From: Oculina patagonica
Lineage: Eukaryota
Direction of reading: 5' to 3'
DNA length: 64,000 nt
Assembly: GCF_052425735.1 (NCBI RefSeq)
Contig: NC_135758.1
Coordinates: forward strand, 9,114,001-9,178,000
This document shows positions 49,925 to 63,209 of this stretch, one piece after another; within the stretch, counting starts at the first letter, position 1, and every line of letters starts with the position of its first letter. Below the pieces are notes generated by a model. It was given only the letters and a program-made list of their open reading frames with translations, made no database searches and was not told the origin of the DNA. The position numbers and the translations under genes were made by a program.

Positions 49925-51467
49925 ATACTATTTTTCTAAACGCAAAGATAGCTTTTTTATTACTGTCAATAAGTTAAAATTATCCAAAAATTCATTTGAG
50001 CAAGTTTCAACGAAATCGGCTGGGTAGAAATCGCTGCACAGTTGACTGTTATAGATTTCAGCTTCGCCAGTTGTTACAACAACGCTTGAGTAATGTTTCG
50101 ATTGCATTGACAGGTCCCTTACTTCTCTTCTTTTTCGATTCGCCATCGATGTAAGCCTTACAGTATCTTTTAATAAAAGTGGAAGCAGAGAGAAAGGAAC
50201 TATACACCCAATTCTTTTTTTCTTTTTTGGGGGGGTCAATTTTACCAGAATTGAAATCAACTTTGTTTTGATACGCCGCGACGGGTAAACCTTCTACAAA
50301 TTTGCATAAATTGAATTCAGCGAAGACTGAGAATTATTTGATGACGGCATATGGGCTATTTTCAAAAGTCGAAACCAATTATAGAAGTCCTTTTGCTTTG
50401 CCAACGTAACAATTTAAGAAATGAAGTATAAAGGGAGGGCAAAATATTAATGTACGTGACATCCTAAAAATAACATTTACATTCCAGCGTGTTAGCCGAT
50501 TGAAATCTACATTCCCCGCAAAGATTTTCGCCGTAGTATAAGTCGATGTAAATTCGCCGTACATCATTTTTTAAGGCACTTTATGCTATGAATAAAACTT
50601 CTTGTTGTTAAAAATATCGTTGTCAAAATGCGCGAAGGGTTTTTTCATAGTTCTTTCCTTATGATATCCAAATCACGGAAACGTCTTTTTCGAAGCTTTC
50701 CGGTGAAACTAAAGACTCACACCGGAGCCGCTATGATTTTTAAAACCTTCTTAATTCTTATTTTTGGGGCGATATTTGATAAATGTAGGATTGTCCATGC
50801 CTTATTCCGAGCAGAAAGCTAGTTTCGAAAATATTTGCTCCCTCGGACAACTGTTTTATGTGGGAAAGATAGGAAACACAATAGTAAGAAATTGCGTGAC
50901 GCGCGTTACGACCGTTAAAAATAGGCTTTGTTGATAGAACTCCTAAAATTCGAAAAGCTTAGTGCCCAAAACTTTTTTTCTTGTTTCTAGTACACCAACC
51001 CTAGTACTAATCGTGGATAGTGTCCAGGGCTCTAGATCACGTTAAACTTTTGAGAAAAACCTCTCTAACCAACAGTATGTTTGCGTGATTTTTGCGATGG
51101 CTCTTTATGGGGTGTTTAAAAAAAATCATAATTAATTTTTGTTAAGTCCGATTTCAAATATTTTAACATGAACTAATCGACAAGACATAAAATAAAATGA
51201 TATACAAGTTTCATTTCATTTGAGTTAAAGAGTAATTTTTCAGCGCGTTGAGCGCGACGCCTAAATTTGACTCGAAACAGGATGATTTTTTCGGTTTTTG
51301 ACCGTTCTCAGCAATCATCGCCAAAAATATTGACAAATAACACTACAAGCCAAAATATTGCTATTTTTGTTTATCATATGGATCAATTGTCTTGCACAGA
51401 AAATTTGAAGGAATTCTGTTCTGGGCCGAAAATCGAGTGGTCGGTTCTTACACGGACGCTCACTTAA

Positions 51468-52288
51468 GGAGGCTCGATGTAGTTTTTTTAGCCGAAGGGT
51501 GGTTGTTTTGAAAATTAAAGTTATCTAGGAAGCCAATGTTCGATTTTTGCCAAAATACACCATAATGATCAAATATGACCAAATTTTAATTTTTTACTCT
51601 TTACTTTGTCACAAAGGTTACCATAGCAACCATTGACGTTTTCTTTTGTTCTCAAACAAGCTTGGTTTTCTCGAAATCTAGACTGACACTTGGTATTCAT
51701 TTTTTGATATGTTCAAGTACAGTAGATTTTTAGGAAAATCTGTAAGAGCGTTTTAGAGTAAATCAAGAATGAAGTTTGTGGTATTTTCTTACAATCGGCA
51801 GTCGATATATTTTAACAAATTAAAGCAAAAAGTCTTTCGCTTTTAGTTAATGGTCTTTGATGGTGTAAGTATTTATATTTCAGTGAGAGAAACTGTGCTC
51901 AAACAATACGAAACAATTTTAAGGCGCCTATTTTATATTAAAACGGTGTTTTTCTGAAAATTTCATTCTTGATCTACTTGAAAACGCTCTTATAGATTTT
52001 TCTAAAATTTCGTCAACAGTTAGTCAATCTACTAAACTTTAACATATCAAAAAATAAACACCAAGTGTCAGTCTAGATTTCGAGAAAATCAAGCTTGTTT
52101 GAGAATAAAAGAAAACCTCAATCGTTGCTATGGTAACCGTTGTGGCTAAGTGACGGGTAAAACATTAAAATTTGGTCACATTTGATCATTATGGTGTATT
52201 TTGGCAAAAATCGAACATTGGCTTCCTAGGTAATTTTAATTTTCAAAACAACCACCCTTAGTCTAAAAAAAAACTACATCGAGCCTCC
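51468..52288. mobile_element. TTAA-specific palindromic MITE (Kolobok- or Sola3-like, GG...CC ends)
   Basis: TTAA-GGAGGCTCGATGTAGTTTT ... AAAACTACATCGAGCCTCC-TTAA. Inverted arms run about 330 bp. Confidence 0.88.
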
Positions 52289-53191
52289 TTAATACACGCA
52301 CCATGAAGACACGAGCTTAATTTCAATAATAATCATTTAAAAAACTGAACGGTACGACCCAAACATTACAGTGTGAACAGGATAACCATGGACACTTAAC
52401 AATATCTTTTTAGTAAATTTCTGCAGTCACCGTCGAATGATAGCTCAGCATGCAGGAAATACAGACAAATGGACAGAAATGGAGACACGAAGTGATTTTT
52501 CCTGAACATTTGTCAAATATTTCCTCTACTACCTTTTTCAAAGTATAATGAAAGTGTTCACGGTTTTCGTATTCTCACTGTAAGTTACTTTTCAGCAATC
52601 TAAATATGACGGATTATTTTAGTTTCGGATTTGGTTTTCCATCAGGAAATTTTTAAAATTAGAAATTGTATCCCAAAATTAAAAGGCGTGTAACATGAGA
52701 ATATTACAGGTGAGCGACGAATGTAGACGCAGCCGGTGTTCAGCTAATTGATGTTTGTTTAACTTATTTGGTACTAGCTTGGTGTCTATAGGATAATTCT
52801 CATGTTCGACTCTTGTGGCGTTTACAACGTTTTCTTTCGGTAACACTATAACAAGAATTACCAAAGAAAAATATTACCCCAAGTTGTGGTCTTGAAAACT
52901 TTGTAAACTTCAGTTAAACTAATCCAGTTAACATATAAACTCTGTTTCTTTATACCCACATCGGACGGTTCTGTCAAAAATCCATTTGACTTACTCTTGA
53001 TGTTTTTAATTCAGAAAGACAACTATTTTTAATATCTGGCAGGTTATTCGAATTAAAAAATATTTTATATGCTATTAGTCGACCAATCAAACTCTGTGTA
53101 TTGCATCATGTTTGTGGCTCGGGGCTTTATTGTCGAAGGACTTCGACAAGCTAAAGGCGTCTAAGAACGTCTGAGAGTTATAAAACCAAAA

Positions 53192-54483
53192 ATGCCCAGA
53201 AAATCTAGCGCTTTATCTACTTTGATGTGGTTGTTAGTTGCTCCTCTCATTAACCAAATTGAATGAAAGAACAACACTGTTTCGTCTTTGAAGGTAAGGT
53301 TTGATATAGGGGAATACAGCGGAAAACTTAAGATTTTGTCCTTAAGATAACATAAGATTTTATAAATAAAACGAGCAAAAATATTAGTTTAAATGCTGAT
53401 CATTTAGGCATCTTTAGTGTATCTTTTTTTCGAGATCTTAAATTGGCGTCTCGTTATTTGCCAATTATTTTTTGAAATTTGCCATAACCTGCGAAAAAAG
53501 GAGGTGTATTTATAAATTTGCCAATGATCGCATACGTGGCAGGCACTTTAAACGGGGGGAGGGGAAGGTAAATGCGGAGTAAAGGGGAACTGGAAAGTTG
53601 GTTGGCAGTGGAAGTGAACTCAACGTAGAGTATACCCATGTTTTTGCTCGTCCGGGTCTACTTTTAATTTAATCAAATACCTCAAATACCTCTGATGAAA
53701 CAGAGTAAAATAATATTTATCGCATTTTATGGTTTTCATTTCTCGTTCCTCGTTAGCGTCTTGTTATTTTACTATTTTTTATTGCATGTTAGTATTTTTT
53801 GTTAACCCTTATTTATTAATAATTTCAAAGATTCCTAACACGTGTCTGCAAGGACCGCCTGGCCTTCCTGGCCGTAATGGTATAAATGGACATAACGGGT
53901 TACTAGGGCGTAACGGTGTGAATGGACAAAGCGGGTTACCAGGCCGCGACGGTCGAGATGGCGCAAAAGGTAAGATGGGCGTGAAAGGCAGTCCTGGATG
54001 ACGTGGTGATAAAGGAGACGCAGGACAAAATGGTACAGACGCAGACCACAGAAACTGGAAACAGTGTGCGTGGAAGATTGCAGACGTGACATTGATCTTA
54101 TCAAGGTAAGCATTAATTTGGGAGAAAAAGATGTGATGTGATCTTCGCTTGCATTCTATTTCTTTGTAAAAAAAAGTTTACTTAGAACTTACAGTAATTG
54201 CCAATTTAACACATTGTTCTCAATACAACAGTCGAAAAGAAATCGTTATCACTATTATCATTATTTGAACTCAATTTGAAACCAGAGAATTATAATAGAG
54301 AGGTTAAGCATGACGTTTATTTTTCCCGCGAACGGCAAAACCCAACTTCTACCGTCTGCCGATAGGCGTTCGTACGCGGAAATAAGTAGTTTTGTGTTTG
54401 TCGTGAATCCGTGTTGGTATCAACATTGGGAACTGTCCTGGATATGGAAAAGCTGACGGTCATACAGGCTGGAATTCAGTGTC
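53192..54483 (+). pseudogene. CTHRC1: CTHRC1-like gene C pseudogene
   Basis: Exon 1 (53192-53293) has an in-frame TGA at 53264. Exon 2 (53831-54105) has a TGA at 53999 and a net 4-nt deletion. Only an exon 3 remnant (54407-54483, [25 protein letters not shown]) survives between rearrangement junctions. Confidence 0.88.
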
Positions 54484-56494
54484 GAGTCACTTATCAAATT
54501 TCTAAAAACCTTGCACATTGATTGTCTATAGAAATCAACCAGCTATAGCACGAAATTACGTCTCCGTGAGGTGTCAATATGGCGTCAAAATAGATAACAA
54601 CACGAGATACATAAAACTACGACTCTACAACAAAGAAGCGGATAAATGAAGCTTTAGCCCAGCAGTCAACCCAGTTTCGTCGCTAGAATATTATCTTCAC
54701 CTCCGCTGAATACTGAAGCTTCACCAGTCTCATCTCTCCTGAGGAATTCTGTCACAGGATATATATTTTTGCCTTTGCCGTATATAAATTTGGAAGCGTG
54801 GTAATAACTTCCTCATCGAATAGGTGACCTTTTACTGCCGCGATGTTTGCCGGTCTTACAGTTCGAAAAATAGTCGCCTTACGTTAACTTACGCCGTTTT
54901 ATAGCAGTACTTGTTAGTTTTTAGTATATCAAAGATATTCAATTAATAATAATCGATAACAATAACAATAGTTATCGCTGGATTAATTTACATTTTTCGC
55001 GCTGTACCCTTTCTGACAATTTGACAATCAAAATGAGTTGAGTAAGTCAAAAATATATCATAACATGATAACTGAAATCATCTATCTCCAACGTATTATT
55101 TATAATGGGTACTTTACATCAGGAATAAAACAAAAAACAAATAGGACGATTAACCAATATAATGTAAATAAACTTATAATCAATGACTTCTTAAATATAT
55201 ACTGGCCATGTTTCGTTATGTTCACTTCAGGCAGTTCCGTCAAAAATCTTATTGACTTAGTTACTTTGATGTTTTATATTGAAAGACAAGTATTCTTTAC
55301 TTTTGACAGTTGATCCGAACGTGAAAAATCTTCTAGTTGCAAACAAAAAATCTATTTTTTTTTTTGCTTACTCTAAAATTAAAGAAACAAGCATGTTTGG
55401 AAAAATCGAACGCTCTATCTCTGTTTCTCGCTCCACTCTTCAATCAATTCGGAGGAAATAACACCAGTACTGTTTCCTGTCCAAGGTAAGGCTTTATTCA
55501 TGTATATTTATAGAGAACGAATTGCTTCTCCTGCAGTTTGCTTACCAAATTAAAAACTCGCCAAAACGTTCTTATATTCTGATACATTCGCACAATTTAA
55601 CGTTTCTATAGTGGCTGGCTTAAAGGGAATCTAAAGAACGTTTACTTGTTTTGACTTTTTTGCAAATTTCATCATCGAAGAGTTGCTCGGAACGGAATTT
55701 TCATCAAGCTATACAAAATCAAATTTAAAACACCCAATCAAAACACCCGGGATCTCGAAAGAATAAAATAATCTGGGCGTTAGCTTGATCATTTCCATGT
55801 TTTTCGACTTCAAGAAACCTCTTTATTAATTTCAACGAAACGAAACTTATTCACTGAGTGGGATAGATTTGTTTATCTCTGCGCGCGACGTACAAATAAC
55901 CTCTGTCAACCCTACATTAAATTGCTCAAACAAAGAATTAAAGTAGCTGACAGCAATTGTGACCAAAGTTTTTATTAGTAATTCATTAATGCCGTTTATT
56001 GTAAAGCGATTTGCCGAACATTTCTTTGCGTACACAACATGCTTGTCAAATCTGTGACAAAGGGGTTTTCCATTAAGTCATCAACTGTAGACAAACGGGT
56101 ATTGACAAACTTCGCTTTTTTGCATACAGTATGACCTTCTTTCGTATATTTATTTTTCCAGGTATGATTTTAAATAAGCGGTTCGATAAACATAGGCTAG
56201 CTGTCTGCATTCCTTTCAACATAAGCATTTTTTACCGGGAGTTTTCAGTAAATCGAGCGACGCAAATGTTTTTATCTAGCCAGTTAATTTTGTAATCAAA
56301 ATTAAATTATGTCTTAACATAAAGCAATATTTATATTCGCTTTGTAAAGCTAACTGCTGTTATGATGTTGTCTGCAAATAATTTAAAACTAGATCGCTTT
56401 GGTTTTTGAAAGTGCGTTTGAAAACCGACAGCGCCGCTAAAAATTGGTCATATTTTTTATTTGTTAATTTAAAGAAACAGCACCAACATTACAA
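54481..56494 (+). repeat. Composite segmental duplication: copy of 14674-14764 joined to a diverged paralog of ~18239-20775
   Basis: 91 bp identical by eye to 14674-14764, then colinear similarity to 18.2-20.8 kb, including a degenerate first exon at ~55393-55485. Confidence 0.8.
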
Positions 56495-56994
56495 NNNNNN
56501 NNNNNNNNNNNNNNNNNNNNNNNNNNNNNNNNNNNNNNNNNNNNNNNNNNNNNNNNNNNNNNNNNNNNNNNNNNNNNNNNNNNNNNNNNNNNNNNNNNNN
56601 NNNNNNNNNNNNNNNNNNNNNNNNNNNNNNNNNNNNNNNNNNNNNNNNNNNNNNNNNNNNNNNNNNNNNNNNNNNNNNNNNNNNNNNNNNNNNNNNNNNN
56701 NNNNNNNNNNNNNNNNNNNNNNNNNNNNNNNNNNNNNNNNNNNNNNNNNNNNNNNNNNNNNNNNNNNNNNNNNNNNNNNNNNNNNNNNNNNNNNNNNNNN
56801 NNNNNNNNNNNNNNNNNNNNNNNNNNNNNNNNNNNNNNNNNNNNNNNNNNNNNNNNNNNNNNNNNNNNNNNNNNNNNNNNNNNNNNNNNNNNNNNNNNNN
56901 NNNNNNNNNNNNNNNNNNNNNNNNNNNNNNNNNNNNNNNNNNNNNNNNNNNNNNNNNNNNNNNNNNNNNNNNNNNNNNNNNNNNNNNNNNNNNN
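56495..56994. other. Assembly gap (500 N)
   Basis: Run of exactly 500 N, typical of a scaffolding placeholder. Confidence 1.
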
Positions 56995-57216
56995 AAGAGT
57001 AATCGAAAAACACGAAGAAGGTCACACGAAACACGAATAAGCAATGCATGATAATTTAATTAGCGATTCTGATTACAAAATATTAAAAAACTTCACCGGT
57101 TTATGGAGCACTTGTAACATTAACAAATTCCAAGCATTCCGTATACAATTTTGCACCTTAAATCAGTCTCTAATGCATTGCTGACGTCAGCGTTATTCTT
57201 TTGAATAACCAACTGA

Positions 57217-59738
57217 TTACTGGGACCGTGGAACTTCTTCGATCATCAAGCGGGACACTGAATTCCAGCCTGTATGGCCGTCAGCGTTTCCATATCCAGG
57301 ACAGTTTCCAATGTTGATACCAACACGGATTTTGCCCTTGTGAATGTTGTCACAGTAGCCTTCTATTGCTCCGGGTTTGTGGTTCGACTTGGCTTATTGG
57401 TGTGCATCCACCAAATGACGTCAATGGGCAGAGGACCGCTGCACTCGCCGCCATTGAAGCTGATGAACCATCTCTTACAGCAACCGTCGCAATTCACATA
57501 AAAGTTGCCTTGGTAAACCACACGGAGAGCGGTATCATCTTTCTTCTTGTCGAAAACGCAATCCTGTAGAAAATAATTAACCAGCTATATCTATTAACAA
57601 GAGTTGATAAAAAGGGGAAAATGATAGCTTTATAATTCTCTGGTTTCAAATTGAATTCAATTAATGATAATAGTGATAACGATTTCTTTTCGACTGTTGT
57701 ATTGAGAACAATGTGTTAAATTGGCAATTACTGTAAGTTTCTTAGTTTACTTTTTTTTTTTACAAAGAAATAAAATTCAAGCGAAGATCACATCGAGAAT
57801 GACAAATTTGTATCATCTTTTTCCCCCAAATTAAAGCTTACCTTGATGAGACCAATGTCACGGCTGTCTTCACTCCTCCACGCACACTGTTTCCAGTTTC
57901 TGTGGTCAGCGTCTGTACCATTTTGTCCTGCGTCTCCTTTAACACCACGTGTTCCAGGGCTGCCTTTCACGCCCATATCGCCTTTAGCGCCATCTCGTCC
58001 GTCGCGGCCTTGTAACCCGTTTTGTCCATTCACACCATTACGCCCTTGTAGCCCGTTATGTCCATTAATACCATTACGGCCAGGAAGGCCGGCTGGTCCT
58101 TGAAGACACGTGTTTGGAATCTGTGGAATGATTAATAAAATAAGGTTAGCAAATAATACCAACATGCAATGAGAAAATAGTAATAAAACAAGACACCAAT
58201 GAGGTATCTAGGGGAAAAAACTTTGAATGTGTACCAATGCACGGCTTGGCAAGGTTTTCTTTTCGCTAGTTGAAATCATCAAAATGTCACAAAACGGTGG
58301 TGGAAACATGTTTCTCTTATTATAAACAGCACGTCGGACGGATACATATCTCTATAACTTTGTCATAGAAAAAGAAATAACGTAAAAAAGGAAATAAGAA
58401 TTGATTAGGCATAAAAGGTACCATCTTGGATTGTGATAATTCTCAAAGCAGTCAGCACTGCGATGTAACAGCTGGTTTTGAACATTTCCTTTCCATTGCA
58501 TAATTCTGCAAATGTTTGATACAAGCTATAACAGTAACCTAACTAATTCCTACTTACTTTTTTTTCACTTTTCTTTTTATTTGGCAACGTCATTGCAATT
58601 AGGTGTATACCAGAAGGGCAAAAAATGAAGACAACAACAGAAATTGTACGGCACTCGGATGATTTTTACTTAACTGCAAAGAGGTACGACTAAGATAAAG
58701 GCTAATTTATTGGCTATGATTTGTCGGCTACGTCAGATCGGCACGCAAATCTGCGCATGTGAATGGTGATCTGACGAGGGCGTGAGTAGTCTAATCCGAC
58801 GAGTCGGCCGCTTAGAAGAAATCTGTAACCACTGCACAGATTTTTTTTCTCAAGTTGCGCCGATTTTGTGAACGAAAAACCTTTAAAGGAGTTGACGTAA
58901 AACCAATAACTTATGCGCTCATTTTACTTTATATCAATATGCTAATCTATTACCCATCATTTTGCTTTCCAAAACTGAAAAAGAAATACCTTTTAACCAC
59001 AAAAATACATGTTAACTACTAAAGATTTGCCTTCCGATTTATTGCCGCGAAAAATCTGGCCAAAAACATTCGACCATTAAAATTTGCTTTTACGCATTTT
59101 GTTACATACAAAAAAAATAGATCAAAATGTGATCGGTGTGGTAAGCACATTTTTTTTAAAAAAAAATTAAGAAATCGCTTTTACCCGAGATAATTTACTA
59201 CGCGGTACGCACGTAATTGCCGCCGTAAAACGTACACTAAAACTATATTTTTTCTCATGTTTCAATCATTAAATCAGATCGTAACTTAGTGGTAATGCAA
59301 ACATTTTTCGAATTATTTCTGAATAACTTTGGAAAGAGATTCGAAAAGAATCAGAAATCGATTTTAAATTTCGTGATAAATTTTATTATTGTCAACACAA
59401 TCATGCATTTAATGACGACGCAGTAAACCAATCCCGGCGGCTGAAAGAATGACTATTATACACAGCTTCATACATTGTTCCAGCACAAAATCGATGGATC
59501 AATGCAAAGAATTATTTTAAAGGTTATAAGCTATAAAAGTCAGAAGAAAGGAAAGCAAAAAGGCAACCGGTTTAAGGCAGAAAAGTACTTAATGAAATTG
59601 CGATGAGATAAAACAAACTGCATGCAATTTCAACTAGCACCTTACCTTTAAAGATGAAACAGGTTTGTTATTTCCTTCGATGAACGGAGCAATCAAAAAC
59701 CACAACAACAGAGATGCAGCGCTGGATTTTCTGAGCAT
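57217..59738 (-). pseudogene. CTHRC1: CTHRC1-like gene D: exons 59738-59646, 58120-57842, 57563-57217; one frameshift in exon 3
   Basis: Exon 1 MLRKSSAASLLLWFLIAPFIEGNNKPVSSLK is intact. Exon 2 has 21 Gly-X-Y triplets. Exon 3 is 347 nt (paralogs 345/348) with a shift near 57385-57400 giving an early TAG. Could be a sequencing error. Confidence 0.8.
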
Positions 59739-61551
59739 GTTGTTAGGCTGTGAAATTTCCAAATAGGCAATCGTTCTTGGATGTGTTTAGCTTGTCGAAG
59801 TTCCGTGCCGATTGAACTTCGAGTCGCAAAAACACACGGAAAACTAAGAGTTTGTTTGTTCCACTTATGGCAAATAGCAAATTTTTTATAAAGCTCGAAT
59901 AACCTGTCAAATATCAAAGAATTATTTGTTTCCACATAAAAGCACCAAGGAAAAGACAGCTGGATTTTTGACAGAACTGTCTAATTTAGGTAAAACGAAA
60001 CAGAGAGGATATGTTAACTGGAGCAGTTTAACTCACGTTTGTATGGTTGGTAAGACCACAACTTCAGAAAATACTTGTCATTGAAAATTCCTTTTACTTA
60101 AAATAAGTGTACGTCACCAAAAGAGAACGATGTAAACACCACAAGAGTTAAACAAGAGAGCTATCCAATGGACACCAATCTTCTATCAATTCAAACACCA
60201 ATTAGCTGAACATCGGCTGCGTTCACATTCGTCACGCACCTGTAACGTCCGTTTTATTTTGGGATCAATGGCTTACTTGAAAATTTTCGAGATAGAAAAT
60301 CCAATACGAATAGTAATCTGTCAAATGTAGATTGCAGAAAAATATCTTAATGTTCTGTCGTGCCTAAAGGTTCTTTTTTATTAATTACGAAAGAATTCAA
60401 GCACGTATCTTCATGTTACGTGTATCCATTGATGAATAATATCTTGATTGAAATCGAAGAAGTTGTTTCAGCTGACTAGTTCCCCAAACATGCAATTTTC
60501 TATTTACGGACCGGAGCAGATTACCTTAAGTGGTGAAAAACGTGCAGTTCTGGAGGAATACTCAAATATCAAAGTTAGACCTAGCTACAGTCTAGCTTTC
60601 CATCATTTTCTTCACACTTCCTAAGTCCGTTGTTTTTTACTCACGAAAGTTCGGATATTAACCTTACTACATATAAACCCTCATTCTGTAGTAGGCTTAG
60701 ATGTGATCGACAACCCATTATATATATATATACATCTATCCATTCGAATATTTTGGCGTAGATTACTGCCGTTTTGAATTAATGCTATAAAAAGTAAAAT
60801 CTAAATAATAAGCTGTTTAATTAAAAGCGCACAAAAATATCTTCATGCCGAAATGGATGATCTTTCGTACAAATTCCCTATATAATTATATAATTTAAGC
60901 TGGTATCTTCATTGTATCTGTACCAAATAATTAATCATATCCTTCATTGAACTCAAAGAAGTTATTTCAGCGACTCAGTTCCCAAGACAGGCAGTTTTGC
61001 TTTTGAGCGAACTGTCTTCTTTAGGCTAATGTGGAAAACTTGAAGTTACATATAAAACAACTTGTGTGAAAATAACTTTTTTTCTGAGTTTGCTTATTTT
61101 TATGTAAATTTTTTTTCAATTTAAATTGAATTTTCATAACACCTCCTCAGTGTCTTTTTCGTTGATCACGAACTTTCAACCTTCGATAGAAACTAGGATG
61201 AGATTGACACAAATACTGTCCGTTCATCTGCTGCAACGTTGAAAATCTATTATTTTAAAAAAGGTATTCAAGCTAAAAGCACTGGATTTAGCGAATATAA
61301 CCAAAATTTATTCTCAACGTTCTATCGTTAGTGAAACGTGTTTGACAAAACTTTGACGTTTACATGGCAAGACGTTTTTAGCAGTTTAATTTTTTTTTTT
61401 GTTTAAATCAAAAACATAAAATCACTGTAGGGGGTCATTACTAAATTGCTTGATTGCTCCTTATATTTCTACGGTGAACAGTTTATTATAAGGAATTAAT
61501 CGAAAGTTCTACATTCCATGTGCTTTGTTTTACTTAGTGGACGAAGTAAAT

Positions 61552-62014
61552 GAGGGTCTCTATAGGGTTAGCCGTTAGTCATAAACAGCCAAAAGTTCAG
61601 CCGTAAGGCGTAAAAATTGAAAAAATTTAACCATTAGCCGTAAAGAATGTTAACTGTTAAAAATTCCAGTCACTAAAATAAAGGTCTCAACTTCTCTTTT
61701 AAAGACTTTTTTCCTTGCCTTTCATGTGTTTTGATACCTAGAAAGGCTGATAATCTGATTTAAGAAAACCGGAAGTGTTGAAAGTGTCTGCCAAAATTGT
61801 CATGACAAGAGTTCAGATGACCGACGTTTTGACAGGTCTGACACTTGCTCTGTATCTCTATATCTTCTGTTCGATGGTCCTATGACCTTAACTATGTGGA
61901 AATCAATTTTTAACTTTTTAAAACAATTGAAATTATTTTTTAACGCTTCTGTTAACCGTAACGGAAAACAAAATTAGCCGTTAGCCGTAAATGTCACAAC
62001 CCATTGAGACCCTC
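61552..62014. mobile_element. MITE with GAGGGTCTC termini and 6-bp TSD
   Basis: GTAAAT-GAGGGTCTC ... GAGACCCTC-GTAAAT; internal TAGCCGT(T/A)A repeats. Confidence 0.85.
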
Positions 62015-63209
62015 GTAAATCATTTCACTTAAGAAGTTCAAAATGGCAACATACTGGTTCGCGGTTGCATCACTTGATCCCCCCGAAGCGCGCCGAATGC
62101 CATTCCTACAATCTGCGCAATAACAAGAAAGTTTCACTAATTACATGCCGCACTAAAAGGTTCAGAAAGTCAATTTTCCCGGCCATGGCGCACACGAGTA
62201 TATAATTAGTTTCATATAAATAATGTACGATGTAAATAGCTTAATTAATTTCATTTCCCAGTCCCTCAATATTTTGCAATATTGTAAATTTCAGACATTT
62301 TTGTAAATTTCATTGTATTTCACAATTTAGGCGCTATTATGAGTTTTAATAAACCATTATTATTTATTTATTATTTATTTTTTAAAAGAAGAGAAGATTA
62401 CCTATTTGATCAAAACGTCGCCTAATGAATAATCGCGCAAATTGCCTCGTTTTAATGGCATCAACAATTATTTTGATTAATTTGTAGATTATGCTGTGTT
62501 AATTTGGTGGCTATAGCATTGGCGATTTTCAAATAACAAGGAAGGGGACTTCTTAAGCATGTAATTTTTGAAAAAAATTCAACATGTAATTCATCAGTCT
62601 GAAAGTGAATTTTCCTTTAATCGTAAGATAGCCTTTGGAAGTAGCTAATAATAACAGTATTTTGCTATATAATTGTATCAGTCTATCTTGTTTTTAATTC
62701 CAAAACAATTTAGTTCACGAAAAACGAAAAAAAAAAATGTGTGTGCGTACTTTATTCCCGTGAAATAAATTTAACAAACAACGCAGTGCAATAATGATTG
62801 CATATAGGAACAAAATTCCGTGCAGAATAAAAGTTGTTTGTTTCGCCATTACGCGATTGAGGTTTTTCGTAATTTTATAACAAGGCCCTTACTTATATTT
62901 GATATTTGTCAAGATGGTGGCCATGGTACAATTCCTTAACTGAAAATTAATTTCACTCTCCTTCTAGAGAGCAGCATGTATTGAGTGATCGCCTCTGTAT
63001 CAAGAGGAGGAAAAGAAAAAAAAAATCAGACTTCATTAGCATTACAGAATTGATTTATTCACGGATATCATTTACATTTGTGTTTTTGATTACAACCTTT
63101 TAACCCTTCACTTTAACAAATGCCAAGCATTCCGTGTACAATTTTGCACGTTAAATCAGCCGCTCATGCATTACTGACGTCAGCGTTGCACTTATGAATA
63201 ATTAACTGA

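Larger units (their letters stand above)
44906..51463 (+). mobile_element. Sola3-like DNA transposon with ~0.8-kb TIRs, TTAA TSD and degraded transposase
   Basis: TIRs 44906-~45710 and ~50665-51463. TTAA at 44902-44905 and 51464-51467. Paralogous empty site at 40966-40969. Internal transposase motifs present. Confidence 0.88.

Noticed and set aside
56406-57049. Long ORFs spanning the gap
   Set aside because: Artefacts of the N run.
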